Assembly: GCA_035939615.1 (NCBI GenBank) | Contig: DASZFP010000022.1 | Span: 8,912 to 72,911 of the forward strand | Length of the DNA stretch: 64,000 bases | Direction: 5' to 3' | Source: Burkholderiaceae bacterium | GTDB lineage: Bacteria > Pseudomonadota > Gammaproteobacteria > Burkholderiales > Burkholderiaceae_F | In this document: piece by piece, positions 45,063-54,280 of the stretch | Numbering within the stretch: the stretch's first letter is position 1 | How the letters are laid out: each line of letters starts with the position of its first letter | Notes under the pieces: generated by a model | The model's input: only the letters and a program-made list of their open reading frames with translations | Databases searched by the model: none | Told to the model about the DNA's origin: nothing | Translations under genes and position numbers: made by a program

Positions 45063-46280
45063 ATGGCAAACGCAACTGTCTTACCGCGCATCTCGGCAGC
45101 CCATGGGCTGCGGACCCCGGCGCTGCTCGCCGCGCTGATCGTGACCGGCTCGATCGTTCTGGCCGGCTGCCAGTCCAGGGCGGATACCCCGCCGCCCGGG
45201 GCCTTCGGGCCGCCGACCGTGTCGGTGGCACCGGCCGTCAAGCGCCAGGTGCAGGAATCCGACGAGTTCACCGGGCGCCTGGAGGCGCCGCAGTCGGTCG
45301 ACCTGCGGCCGCGCGTGACCGGCTACATCAAGAAGGTCCACTTCAACGACGGCCAGGAGGTCAAGCAGGGCGAACTGCTGTTCACGATCGATCCGGATCC
45401 GTACCTGGCCGAGCTGGCCCGCGCGCGCGCGCAACTGGCCGCCGCCCAGACCCAGGTCGAGCTGGCGATCCTCGACGAGGCGCGCGCCCACAAGCTGATC
45501 GATGTCAAGGCGATCTCGCAGCAGGAATACGATCAGCTGACATCCGGCACGCGCAACGCGACGGCCAACGTGCAGGCTGCCGAGGCGGCGGTGCAGACCG
45601 CTCAACTGAACGTGGGCTACAGCGAAATTCGCGCCCCCATCGCCGGGCGCGTCTCGCGCGCCAACGTAACCGCGGGCAACCTGGTCAATGTGGGCAGTCC
45701 GGTGCTCACCTCGATCGTGTCGCAGGACAAGGTCTATGCGTATTTCGACGCCGGCGAGGATGCGTATTTGAGATACGCCAAGTCGGCCAAAGCCGGCTCG
45801 CAGTCGCACCCGAACCCGGTCCTGATGGGGCTGGCCGACGAGCAGGGCTTTCCGCACCGGGGCGAATTGAATTTCGTCGACAACCAGCTCAATCCCCAGA
45901 CCGGCGCGATGCGCACGCGCGCGGTGTTCGACAACAGCGACCGGCGCTTCACGCCGGGACTGTTCGCGCGCATCCGGCTGCTGGGCAGCGGCACCTACAC
46001 GGCGGTGCTGACGCCGGAGCAGGCGATCGGGACCGATCAGACCAAGCGCTTCGTGCTGGTGATCGGGCAGAACAACACGGCGCAGTTCCGCGAGGTCACG
46101 CTGGGACCGTTGGTCGATGGCATGCGCGTAGTCACCAGCGGGGTGTTTCCGGGCGACCTGGTCGTGGTCGACGGCCTGCAGCGCGTCCGCCCGGGCCAGC
46201 CGGTCACGCCGGAAAAGCTGCCGATCGATGATCGGGGCATGCCGATCAAGAAGCCGGTCGCGCCGGCGGCTCAGGGGTAG
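45063..46280 (+). CDS. RND efflux periplasmic adaptor lipoprotein (AcrA/MexA-like)
   Basis: SD agga lies 7 nt upstream of ATG 45063. Lipobox LAGC. GYIKKVHFNDGQEVKQGELLFTIDP and EIRAPIAGRVSRANVT motifs. Confidence 0.9.
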   Translation: MANATVLPRISAAHGLRTPALLAALIVTGSIVLAGCQSRADTPPPGAFGPPTVSVAPAVKRQVQESDEFTGRLEAPQSVDLRPRVTGYIKKVHFNDGQEVKQGELLFTIDPDPYLAELARARAQLAAAQTQVELAILDEARAHKLIDVKAISQQEYDQLTSGTRNATANVQAAEAAVQTAQLNVGYSEIRAPIAGRVSRANVTAGNLVNVGSPVLTSIVSQDKVYAYFDAGEDAYLRYAKSAKAGSQSHPNPVLMGLADEQGFPHRGELNFVDNQLNPQTGAMRTRAVFDNSDRRFTPGLFARIRLLGSGTYTAVLTPEQAIGTDQTKRFVLVIGQNNTAQFREVTLGPLVDGMRVVTSGVFPGDLVVVDGLQRVRPGQPVTPEKLPIDDRGMPIKKPVAPAAQG

Positions 46281-46290
46281 GTAGCTCGCG

Positions 46291-49200
46291 ATGGACGTTT
46301 CCCATTTTTTCATCGACCGACCGCGCTTTGCCGCGGTCCTGTCGATCATCGTGTTTCTGGTCGGCTTGATCTCGCTGTTCAAGCTGCCGATCTCCGAGTA
46401 CCCGGAGGTGACTCCCCCGCAGGTCGTGGTGCGGGCCCAGTTTCCGGGCGCCAACCCGCGCGTGATCGCCGAGACCGTGGCGACGCCGCTGGAAGAGCAG
46501 ATCAACGGCGTCGACAACCTGCTCTACTACGACAGCCAGGCCACGTCCGACGGGGCCATGACGCTGACCTGCACCTTCCGGATCGGCACCGACCCGGTCG
46601 TGGCCGAGTCCCAGGTCCAGAATCGGATCAACCGCGCGCTGCCGCGGCTGCCGGACGTGGTGCGCCAGATCGGCGTGACCACGGAAAAGAGCTCGCCCAC
46701 TTTGACGATGGTCGTTCACATGGTGTCGCCGGACAACCGCTACGACGCCCTGTACCTGCGCAACTACGCCCAGCTGTACGTGCGTGACCCGCTGCTGCGG
46801 ATCCCGGGCATGGGGTCGGTGCTGGTGTTCGGCGAGGGCGACTACGCGATGCGCATCTGGCTGGATCCGAACAAGCTGGCAGCGCGCAGCGTCAGCACGG
46901 CCGAAGTGGTGTCGGCGATCCGCGAGCAGAACGCGCAGGTCGCCGCCGGCGTGGTCGGAGCGGACCCCAACCCCCCCGGCACCACATTCACGATGTCGGT
47001 CAACACCCAGGGGCGCCTGAAGACCGAAGAGGAGTTCGGCGACATCATCGTACGGGCTGATCCGGCCGACGTGTCGGTGATCCGGATCCGCGATCTGGGC
47101 CGGGTCGAGCTCAGCGCCGGCACGTATGCGTTGCGCAGCCTGCTGAACAATAAGGAAGCGGTAGCGGTTGCGGTGTTCCAGGCGCCCGAGTCCAACGCGC
47201 TCGCCCTGTCCAGCAACGTGCGCTCCACGATGGAGCGGCTGAAGGCGGATTTTCCGCAGGGCGTGGACTACCAGATCGTGTACGACCCGACGCAGTTCGT
47301 CAGAACCTCAATCAGCGAGGTGATCAAGACGCTCACCTACGCCATCCTGCTGGTGGCGCTGGTGGTGGTCATATTCCTTCAGACCTGGCGCGCCTCGATC
47401 ATCCCGCTGCTGGCCGTGCCGGTGGCGGTAGTCGGAACCTTCGCGGTGCTGCTGGCCCTGGGCTTTTCGATCAACACGCTGACGCTGTTCGGCCTGGTGC
47501 TGGCGATCGGGATCGTGGTCGACGACGCGATCGTCGTGGTGGAAAACGTCGAGCGCAACATCGAGGCGGGGCTGTCGCCCCACGACGCCACGGTGCGGGC
47601 GATGCAGGAGGTCAGCGGCCCGATTATCGCGATCGCGCTGGTGCTGTGCGCGGTGTTCGTGCCGCTGTCGTTCGTGTCGGGCCTGTCGGGACAGTTCTAT
47701 CGGCAGTTCGCAGTGACGATCGCGATCTCGACGGTGATTTCTGCCTTCAATTCGCTGACGCTGTCGCCGGCGCTTGCGGCCATCCTGCTGAAGGGCCGCG
47801 ATGAGCCCAAGGACGTGGTGATGCGCACGATGGAGCGCGTGCTGGGTGGCTTCTTCACCCGCTTCAACCGCTTCTTCAAGCGCTCGTCGGAGGCCTATGG
47901 CCGGGGCGTGACCGGCGTCCTGGGCCGCAAGGCCGCGGTGCTGGGGGTTTACGCGCTGCTGATCGGTTTGACGCTGGTACTGTTCTGGCGCGTACCGCCC
48001 GGCTTCGTGCCGCAACAGGACAAGCAGTACCTGATCGGAATCGCGCAGCTGCCGGAGGGAGCGACGCTCGATCGGACCACTGAAGTCATCCGCAAGCTCA
48101 GCGATATCGCCCTGCATGTGCCGGGCGTGCGCGACTCGGTCGCCTTTCCGGGACTGTCGATCGACGGCTTCACGAACCGGACCAATGCCGGCATCGTGTT
48201 CTTCGGGTTGACCGACTTCGACAAGCGGACCACGAGGAATCTGAGCGCCGACGCCATCGCGACTCAGGTCAACATGCATGCGGCCGGGATCAAGGATGCG
48301 TTCATCTTCGTACTGAATCCGCCGCCGGTGTCGGGCATCGGCCAGGCGGGCGGGTTCAAGCTGCAGCTGCTCGATCGCAACTCGCTCGGCGAGCAGGCCC
48401 TGGCCGGGGCGATCGGGGCTACGCTCGGCGGCGTTTACGGCAACCCGCACTCGATCCTGACGCAGGTGTTTTCCAACTACCAGATCAACGTGCCCCAGCT
48501 GTACGCCGATATCGATCGGACCCGTGCCAAGCAGATGGGGATGAACCTGACCGACATCTACGACACGATGCAGTTGTACCTGGGGTCGCTGTACGTGAAC
48601 GACTTCAACCGCTTCGGCAAGACCTACCAGGTGATCGTGCAGGCCGACGCGCCATACCGGGCGAACGCGGACTCGATCACTCAACTGAAGACGCGCAACA
48701 ACCGCGGAGAGATGGTGCCGCTGGGCGCGGTGATGAAGGTCGTGCCGGCCTTCGGGCCGGTCAGCGTCACGCGGCATAACGGGTTCTATTCGGCCGACAT
48801 CAACGGCGCACCCAAGCCGGGGTTCAGCTCCGGGCAGGCGCAGGCCGAGATCGAGCATGTGCTGCAGGCGAGTCTGCCGCGCGGCGTCATCTACAGCTGG
48901 ACCGAGCTGGTCTACCAGGAAAAGATCGCGGGCAACACGATGGTGTACATCTTCCCGCTGTGCGTGCTGCTGGTGTTCCTGGTGCTGGCGGCCAACTACG
49001 AGAGCTGGTCGCTGCCGCTGGCGATCGTGCTGATCGTTCCGATGTGCATTTTCAGCGCGATCACCGGCGTCTGGCTGAGCGGCTTTCTCGGAATCCCAGC
49101 CGACAACAACATCTTCACGCAAATCGCGTTCGTGGTGCTGGTGGGCCTGGCCTGCAAGAACGCGATCCTGATCGTGGAGTTCGCGCGCGACCTGGAGGCG

Positions 49201-49533
49201 CGCGGCGAGCCGATGCTCGAGGCGGTGCTGCACGCGTGCCGTATGAGGCTGCGGCCGATTCTGATGACCTCGGTGGCCTTCTGCGCGGGCGTGATCCCGC
49301 TGATCCTGGGCACGGGCGCCGGCTCGGAAATGCGCCGAGCAATGGGTATCGCGGTGTTCGCCGGGATGCTGGGCGTGACCTCGTTCGGGATCTTCCTGAC
49401 GCCGGTGTTCTACACGCTGCTGCGAACCCTGGCGCGCAAGGTCTCGACCAAGGCCAGGGTGCAGCCACAGGCGAGCTCTGGACTGGGCGCTGCGGCGCTG
49501 GGCATGCAACCACAGGGGCGGCGCGATGACTGA
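46291..49533 (+). CDS. RND multidrug efflux permease (HAE1, AcrB/MexB-like)
   Basis: 1080 aa. FFIDRPRFAAVLSIIVFLVG N-terminus and LAIGIVVDDAIVVVENVERN TM4 region. Confidence 0.92.
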   Translation: MDVSHFFIDRPRFAAVLSIIVFLVGLISLFKLPISEYPEVTPPQVVVRAQFPGANPRVIAETVATPLEEQINGVDNLLYYDSQATSDGAMTLTCTFRIGTDPVVAESQVQNRINRALPRLPDVVRQIGVTTEKSSPTLTMVVHMVSPDNRYDALYLRNYAQLYVRDPLLRIPGMGSVLVFGEGDYAMRIWLDPNKLAARSVSTAEVVSAIREQNAQVAAGVVGADPNPPGTTFTMSVNTQGRLKTEEEFGDIIVRADPADVSVIRIRDLGRVELSAGTYALRSLLNNKEAVAVAVFQAPESNALALSSNVRSTMERLKADFPQGVDYQIVYDPTQFVRTSISEVIKTLTYAILLVALVVVIFLQTWRASIIPLLAVPVAVVGTFAVLLALGFSINTLTLFGLVLAIGIVVDDAIVVVENVERNIEAGLSPHDATVRAMQEVSGPIIAIALVLCAVFVPLSFVSGLSGQFYRQFAVTIAISTVISAFNSLTLSPALAAILLKGRDEPKDVVMRTMERVLGGFFTRFNRFFKRSSEAYGRGVTGVLGRKAAVLGVYALLIGLTLVLFWRVPPGFVPQQDKQYLIGIAQLPEGATLDRTTEVIRKLSDIALHVPGVRDSVAFPGLSIDGFTNRTNAGIVFFGLTDFDKRTTRNLSADAIATQVNMHAAGIKDAFIFVLNPPPVSGIGQAGGFKLQLLDRNSLGEQALAGAIGATLGGVYGNPHSILTQVFSNYQINVPQLYADIDRTRAKQMGMNLTDIYDTMQLYLGSLYVNDFNRFGKTYQVIVQADAPYRANADSITQLKTRNNRGEMVPLGAVMKVVPAFGPVSVTRHNGFYSADINGAPKPGFSSGQAQAEIEHVLQASLPRGVIYSWTELVYQEKIAGNTMVYIFPLCVLLVFLVLAANYESWSLPLAIVLIVPMCIFSAITGVWLSGFLGIPADNNIFTQIAFVVLVGLACKNAILIVEFARDLEARGEPMLEAVLHACRMRLRPILMTSVAFCAGVIPLILGTGAGSEMRRAMGIAVFAGMLGVTSFGIFLTPVFYTLLRTLARKVSTKARVQPQASSGLGAAALGMQPQGRRDD

Positions 49534-50950
49534 AGTCCGAGGCGGCCTCGCCGCTGTGCTGACAGTGATTCTGGCCGGCTGCGCGCTCGGGCCCAACTAC
49601 CGCGAGCCGCAGATGTCGCTGGCGGCGGACTTCGAGAACATCAGCGGAGACCACCTGGCCGAGCCGCCGCGCGAGTTCTGGCGGCGTTTCGACGATCCGG
49701 TGCTGAGCCAGCTGGTCGAGGACGCGCTGAAGGCCAATCACGACATCCGCATCGCGGTGGCCAATCTGCAGGCGGCGCGGGCGGCCAGGCTCGGCGTGGA
49801 CGCGCAGGCCTATCCGCTGGTCGGTACCAGCGCCAGCGGCACGCGCCAGATCATCCCGCAATCGGTGGCGCCCGGGGTCAGCCGCGACAACCGCACGCTG
49901 AACGATTACGACACCTCGTTCAATGCGAGCTGGGAACTGCCTCTGTTCGGGCGCTATTCCCGGGCGTCCGAGTCGGCCGCGGCTTTGGAGTCGGCCGCGC
50001 AGGCGGGCATCGCGGCCGCGCAGGTCAGCGTCACGGCCGAAGTGGCGCGCAACTATTTCGAGTTGCGCGGCCAGCAGCTGCGCCTGCAGATCGCGCAACA
50101 GTCGGTACAGAACCAACAGGCCAATCTGGACCTGGTGCAGGCGCGGCTGGATGCGGGGCGTGGGACCGAGCTGGACACGTCGCGCGCCCAGGCCCAGGTC
50201 GAAAGCACCCGGGCTGCGATTCCCGTGCTGGAGGCCGGCATCGAGCTGTCGCGGTTCCGCCTGGCCGTGCTGACCGGGCGGCCGCCGACCGAGCTGGCCT
50301 CGTTGTCCAGGGAGGTCCAGCCGCTGCCGGGCATCCAACCGGTCGACGGCATCGGGTCGCCCGCCGCGCTGCTCAGGCGCCGGCCTGATATCCGCATCGC
50401 CGAGCGCCAGCTCGCCTCGGCCACGGCTGATATCGGCGCCTCCAAGGCGGACCTGTTTCCCAGCGTCTCGATCAGCGGGCTGCTGGGTCTGAACGCGCTC
50501 AACCCCGGCGACCTGGGCAAGGCGGCGGCTTACTACTACAACCTGGGCGGCGCGATCAGCTGGAACGTGCTCGATTTCGGGCGGATCCGCTCGCGCATCC
50601 GTCAGAACGAGGCGAGGACCGATGCCGCGCTGGCACAATACGAAAAGACGGTGCTGACCGCGCTGGAGGAAACCGAAGGCGCTTTGGTCAGCTTCGATCG
50701 CAACCAGCGGCGCGCCGAGAGCCTGTTCAAGGCCGCGCGTGCCTCGGAGCAGGCCGCCAAGCTGGCACGGACCCGGTTCGAGGCGGGAGTGACCGATTTC
50801 CTGACCGTGCTGGATGCCGAGCGCCAGTTGCTGGCCGACCGCGAGGGCCTGGCCCTGGCGCAGACCGACGCCGGCACCTCGCTGATCTCGGTCTACCGGG
50901 CGCTGGGCGGCGGCTGGTACGAGTCCGCCACCACCGTATCGAGCAACTGA
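49526..50950 (+). CDS. RND efflux outer-membrane lipoprotein (NodT/OprM family)
   Basis: Lipobox LAGC followed by ALGPNYREP. The ATG overlaps the 3' end of the pump gene by 8 nt. Confidence 0.9.
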   Translation: MTEVRGGLAAVLTVILAGCALGPNYREPQMSLAADFENISGDHLAEPPREFWRRFDDPVLSQLVEDALKANHDIRIAVANLQAARAARLGVDAQAYPLVGTSASGTRQIIPQSVAPGVSRDNRTLNDYDTSFNASWELPLFGRYSRASESAAALESAAQAGIAAAQVSVTAEVARNYFELRGQQLRLQIAQQSVQNQQANLDLVQARLDAGRGTELDTSRAQAQVESTRAAIPVLEAGIELSRFRLAVLTGRPPTELASLSREVQPLPGIQPVDGIGSPAALLRRRPDIRIAERQLASATADIGASKADLFPSVSISGLLGLNALNPGDLGKAAAYYYNLGGAISWNVLDFGRIRSRIRQNEARTDAALAQYEKTVLTALEETEGALVSFDRNQRRAESLFKAARASEQAAKLARTRFEAGVTDFLTVLDAERQLLADREGLALAQTDAGTSLISVYRALGGGWYESATTVSSN

Positions 50951-50956
50951 TAACGG

Positions 50957-50987
50957 GCCGCGCGGTCGGCGCGACCGACCGCGCGGC
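50957..50987. terminator. Perfect 13-bp-stem hairpin between convergent genes
   Basis: gccgcgcggtcgg - cgcga - ccgaccgcgcggc, starting 7 nt after the OMF stop. Confidence 0.5.
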
Positions 50988-51031
50988 GATTCAGTTCTCG
51001 CGCCCAGCGGGATCCGCGTCGGCGACCCGGG

Positions 51032-51421
51032 CTACTTCATCTGGACCACGAAGAAACTGATGTCGCTCGTGCCGACATTCTTGAAAGAGTAAGGCCGAGG
51101 CTCCGAGACCAACTTGGTCTCCCCGGCTTTCCACTGCGCCGTCTCCTTGGTCCCGTCGGCATAGGTGCGCTCGATCGTGCCGCCGGTCAACGCGCGTACG
51201 ACGCGCATCGGCCGCTTTGAGGTCGGCGACCCTTGACCGGGCTTGAAGGTGGCTTCGAAGACGAGCAGCTTTTCGTTCTCCGCGATGTTCTTGGTGGTGC
51301 CGGCGGGCGGCCCCGCTGATTCCATTTTCTTTTCCTGCGCCAGCGCGCAGTCGCCGACCGCCCCTGCCAACACGAATACCGGCAGCATCAAGGCCGCCCA
51401 TCGTCCGGTTGATTTGCTCAT
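51032..51421 (-). CDS. Small secreted cupin-like protein, function unknown
   Basis: Strong SD aaggagaggag. Signal peptide (AALMLPVFVLAGAVGDCALA). Beta-rich C-terminal half. Confidence 0.6.
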   Translation of the reverse strand: MSKSTGRWAALMLPVFVLAGAVGDCALAQEKKMESAGPPAGTTKNIAENEKLLVFEATFKPGQGSPTSKRPMRVVRALTGGTIERTYADGTKETAQWKAGETKLVSEPRPYSFKNVGTSDISFFVVQMK

Positions 51422-51495
51422 GTCTCCTCTCCTTGGCCCGCCAGGCGGGCTCGGGCACTGTACCAGCGCCCCGAGAAAAGGTCTTTCGACGGGGC

Positions 51496-51864
51496 TCAGA
51501 GCCCGCCGAAGTAGTAGGTCGACTGCTGAACGGTCGGCTCGGGCTCGGGCTCGGGCTCGGGCGCAGTGGCCTCCGGCGGGGTTGCCGGGCCGTACCGGGT
51601 ATCGGGCGTCTTCTGGATCGTGGTGGACGTGAGCTTTTCCCCGTGAAGCGTGACGAAATGGCCGCGCAGCAGGTCGCGCAGCCTTTCGACCACTTCATCG
51701 CGCGGAAAGATCGAGTTCTCCAGGATTCCCTCGACCGTCGCGTAGCCCTTCTGGATCAGGAACAGGATGTTGCGAATCTTGGCGTCGAGCCGGTACGTCC
51801 TCTGGGCGAGCTCCTCCGCGCCCTTCAGCGTCAGCTCAAAATATGCGTGTTCACGTGCTCCCAT
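51496..51864 (-). CDS. Hypothetical protein: winged-helix-like N-terminal half, Pro/Glu-rich linker, C-terminal ...STYYFGGL
   Basis: The ORF has GC-rich third codon positions. IRNILFLIQKGYATVEGIL reads as wHTH-like. It contains a (gggctc)n hexanucleotide repeat encoding PEPEPEPEP. The start is uncertain: ATG 51864 is chosen, and the ORF is open to 51957. Confidence 0.45.
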   Translation of the reverse strand: MGAREHAYFELTLKGAEELAQRTYRLDAKIRNILFLIQKGYATVEGILENSIFPRDEVVERLRDLLRGHFVTLHGEKLTSTTIQKTPDTRYGPATPPEATAPEPEPEPEPTVQQSTYYFGGL

Positions 51865-52072
51865 GTCCGTTCCGCAGCGTAAGCGTAATCCGACGATAAC
51901 CGATCCGCCCCCCAGGTGGATCGGCGAAAAACGCATGGACTTGAGGCACACCCCCACGGCGCGCAGGCACCGGCCGGCGCGAATCGGAATAAGATCCGCG
52001 TCCTTGCGCTTCGCGTCTTAAGAGCGGCCGTTCGCAGCGGGCGGCGGCCGGATTTTCCAACGGAGGGAGCCG

Positions 52073-52633
52073 ATGATCCGCAGCTCGTTAAAGGTCTTGG
52101 TCGGGGTCGCCGCGATGAGCCTCAGCCTGGGGGGCGCGCTGGCCGCGCTGTCGGTCGGCGCCAGTGCTCCGGATTTCACGGCGCCGGCCGCCCTGGGCGG
52201 CAGCGAATTCACGTTCAGCCTGGCCGATGCGTTGAAAAAAGGGCCGGTGGTGCTGTATTTCTACCCCAAGGCGTTCACCAAGGGCTGCACCACCGAGGCG
52301 CACAACTTCTCGGAAGCGACCGACCGGTTCGCGTCCCTGGGCGCCACCGTGGTCGGCATGTCCAACGACGACATCGATACGCTGAAGAAGTTTTCAGTGC
52401 TGGAATGCCGCAACAAGTTTGCGGTCGCGGCTGATCTGGGTGGCCGCGTGATGAAACAGTACGACGCGGTGATGGCGGGCCGCGCTGACGTCGCCGACCG
52501 GATTTCCTACGTGATCGCGCCCGACGGCAAGGTCATATACGCGTTTGCCAGCATGAGCCCGGACGGGCACGTCGAAAACACGCTGGATGCGATTCAACGC
52601 TGGAAGACGACGGTCCGCCCTGCTTCGCCCTGA
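52073..52633 (+). CDS. Periplasmic peroxiredoxin (AhpC/TSA, Bcp-like)
   Basis: SD ggaggga. Signal peptide. PDFTAPAA...VVLYFYPKAFTKGCTTE peroxidatic-Cys motif. Confidence 0.85.
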   Translation: MIRSSLKVLVGVAAMSLSLGGALAALSVGASAPDFTAPAALGGSEFTFSLADALKKGPVVLYFYPKAFTKGCTTEAHNFSEATDRFASLGATVVGMSNDDIDTLKKFSVLECRNKFAVAADLGGRVMKQYDAVMAGRADVADRISYVIAPDGKVIYAFASMSPDGHVENTLDAIQRWKTTVRPASP

Positions 52634-52743
52634 CGGGCTACGCAGGGCAAGCCCTCACTGCGGCCCTAATGGATTTCGGAGCGCGACCCGGCCGACGCTT
52701 GCGACGAAGCAGGCCCTGCCCTCCGTAGCCCGTAGGGCGAAGG
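52623..52743. repeat. REP pair / MITE-like element with ~32-bp imperfect inverted ends
   Basis: The left end is cttcgccctgacgggctacgcagggcaagccc. The right end is ggccctgccctccgtagcccgtagggcgaagg, whose reverse complement is ccttcgccctacgggctacggagggcagggcc. It belongs to the same core family as 35081 and 55133. Confidence 0.7.
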
Positions 52744-53136
52744 AGGGTGAGTCTGGCCCTCGGCGATCGACTGCCACAGGATCCGCTTGAGCTCCACCGC
52801 CGCCATCGCGCCGAACACCCGCCGGTAAGACTCCACCAGCCGGCGCGCCGGCAGGTAGTCCCCGCGCAGCGCCGCCCTCAGCGCATGCGCGAACATGCTG
52901 CGATGTTCATGGACGGATCCGAACAGTGATTCGTATCGGTCCACGCAGCACGGCATCGATAAGTCGAACACGGCCGCCCGGGTTGTGCACAGCCTGCAGT
53001 TGATGCGCCCGCTCGGCTCGGGGGCGGACTGAGCTGGTCGAGGCTGCCCGGGCAAAGTGGCGGCGCTCGGGCGAAGTCTGGGACTGTCTTCGTTGGTTGC
53101 GAACTTGGGTCCGGACAATCGATGGACGAGGGGCAT
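52666..53136 (-). CDS. Possible Cys-rich hypothetical protein (weak call)
   Basis: The sampled third-codon positions are mostly G/C. It carries a CRLC...CC cluster and lies directly downstream of the RHH gene. The 3' end and stop codon fall inside the REP element, and no homology was recognised. Confidence 0.3.
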   Translation of the reverse strand: MPLVHRLSGPKFATNEDSPRLRPSAATLPGQPRPAQSAPEPSGRINCRLCTTRAAVFDLSMPCCVDRYESLFGSVHEHRSMFAHALRAALRGDYLPARRLVESYRRVFGAMAAVELKRILWQSIAEGQTHPPSPYGLRRAGPASSQASAGSRSEIH

Positions 53137-53224
53137 GCGTGACTCTCCTGACTTCCTCCTACCAGAGCACGCGAATGCTGCCCCATGACCAAAGGGGAGT
53201 ACAAGTGGCGATCGCGCGTTCCCG

Positions 53225-53581
53225 TTATCTCAGATTCGTCTGGACGGCCCGCGCATGCGTGTCAGGAACCGCCTGCAAGGAGCGGATCGGAATCGAGCGG
53301 TCGGTCGGGATGACCCCCAGTGCCTGCAAGGACAGGTAGCGCAGGCAGCAGACGCGAAGGAACGAGGCGAAATTTCCCAGGTCGGCGCCCGCAGCCACCA
53401 GCTCGTCGTGCAGCTTGCCGACCAGCTGCGGAACGCTCATGCCGTCGCGGGCGCCGATTTCGGCCAGTACGTCCCAGAACATCCGCTCCAGCCGCAGGCT
53501 GGTGGAGACCCCGTGCAGGCGGATCGACCGGGTGTAGGGCGAGTACAGCTCGGGGTCGGCAGTTACGAATACGCCACACAT
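53225..53581 (-). CDS. Ribbon-helix-helix (RHH_4-type) domain protein
   Basis: RSIRLHGVSTSLRLERMFWDVLAEIGARDGMSVPQLV...NFASFLRVCCL matches my recollection of the RHH_4 family pattern. Confidence 0.65.
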   Translation of the reverse strand: MCGVFVTADPELYSPYTRSIRLHGVSTSLRLERMFWDVLAEIGARDGMSVPQLVGKLHDELVAAGADLGNFASFLRVCCLRYLSLQALGVIPTDRSIPIRSLQAVPDTHARAVQTNLR

Positions 53582-53620
53582 GGTCTTGCCCTCCCGGTTG
53601 CGAGTCGCCCGACTCGGCCC

Positions 53621-54202
53621 TCACAGGATGATACGAGTCCCCAGCAACTGCAGGAACTGACCGATCCAAGCCGGATGCGCCGGCCAGGCCGGAGCGGTGA
53701 CCAGGTTGCCGTCCGTCACGGCCGCGTCGATCGCGATGTCGGCGTAGCTCGCGCCGGCGAGCTCGACTTCGGGGCGGCAGGCCGGATAGGCCGACACGCG
53801 CCGGCCCTCGATCACGCGCGCCGCGGCCAGGATCTGGGCGCCGTGGCAGATGGCGGCCAGGGGCTTGCCGGCCTTGGCGAAGTGGCGCACGCACTCCAGC
53901 ACGCTCAGATTCAGCCTGAGGTACTCGGGAGCGCGCCCGCCCGGGATCAGCAGGGCGTCGTAACTGTCGGGGCGTATCTCGGCAAAGGTCGCGTTCAGCG
54001 CGAAATTGTGTCCGCGCTTTTCGCTGTAGGTCTGGTCGCCTTCGAAATCGTGCACCGCGGTCGCAATCTTCTCGCCGGCCGCCTTGCCCGGACAGACCGC
54101 ATGCACGGTGTGTCCGACGGCCAGCAGCGCCTGAAACGGCACCATGGTTTCGTAGTCTTCGCCGAAATCACCGCAAAGCATCAAGATGCGCTTGGCTGCC
54201 AT
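53621..54202 (-). CDS. DJ-1/PfpI-family protein
   Basis: SD aggagg lies 5 nt before ATG 54202. [13 protein letters not shown]...[10 protein letters not shown]...[10 protein letters not shown] nucleophile elbow. Confidence 0.85.
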   Translation of the reverse strand: MAAKRILMLCGDFGEDYETMVPFQALLAVGHTVHAVCPGKAAGEKIATAVHDFEGDQTYSEKRGHNFALNATFAEIRPDSYDALLIPGGRAPEYLRLNLSVLECVRHFAKAGKPLAAICHGAQILAAARVIEGRRVSAYPACRPEVELAGASYADIAIDAAVTDGNLVTAPAWPAHPAWIGQFLQLLGTRIIL

Positions 54203-54280
54203 GAGATCCTCCTGACCGAATTCCGGCTTGGGCCGGCGGTGCATTTTCTCCAACGCACGCCGGGCGCGGGTGGTAGCCGA

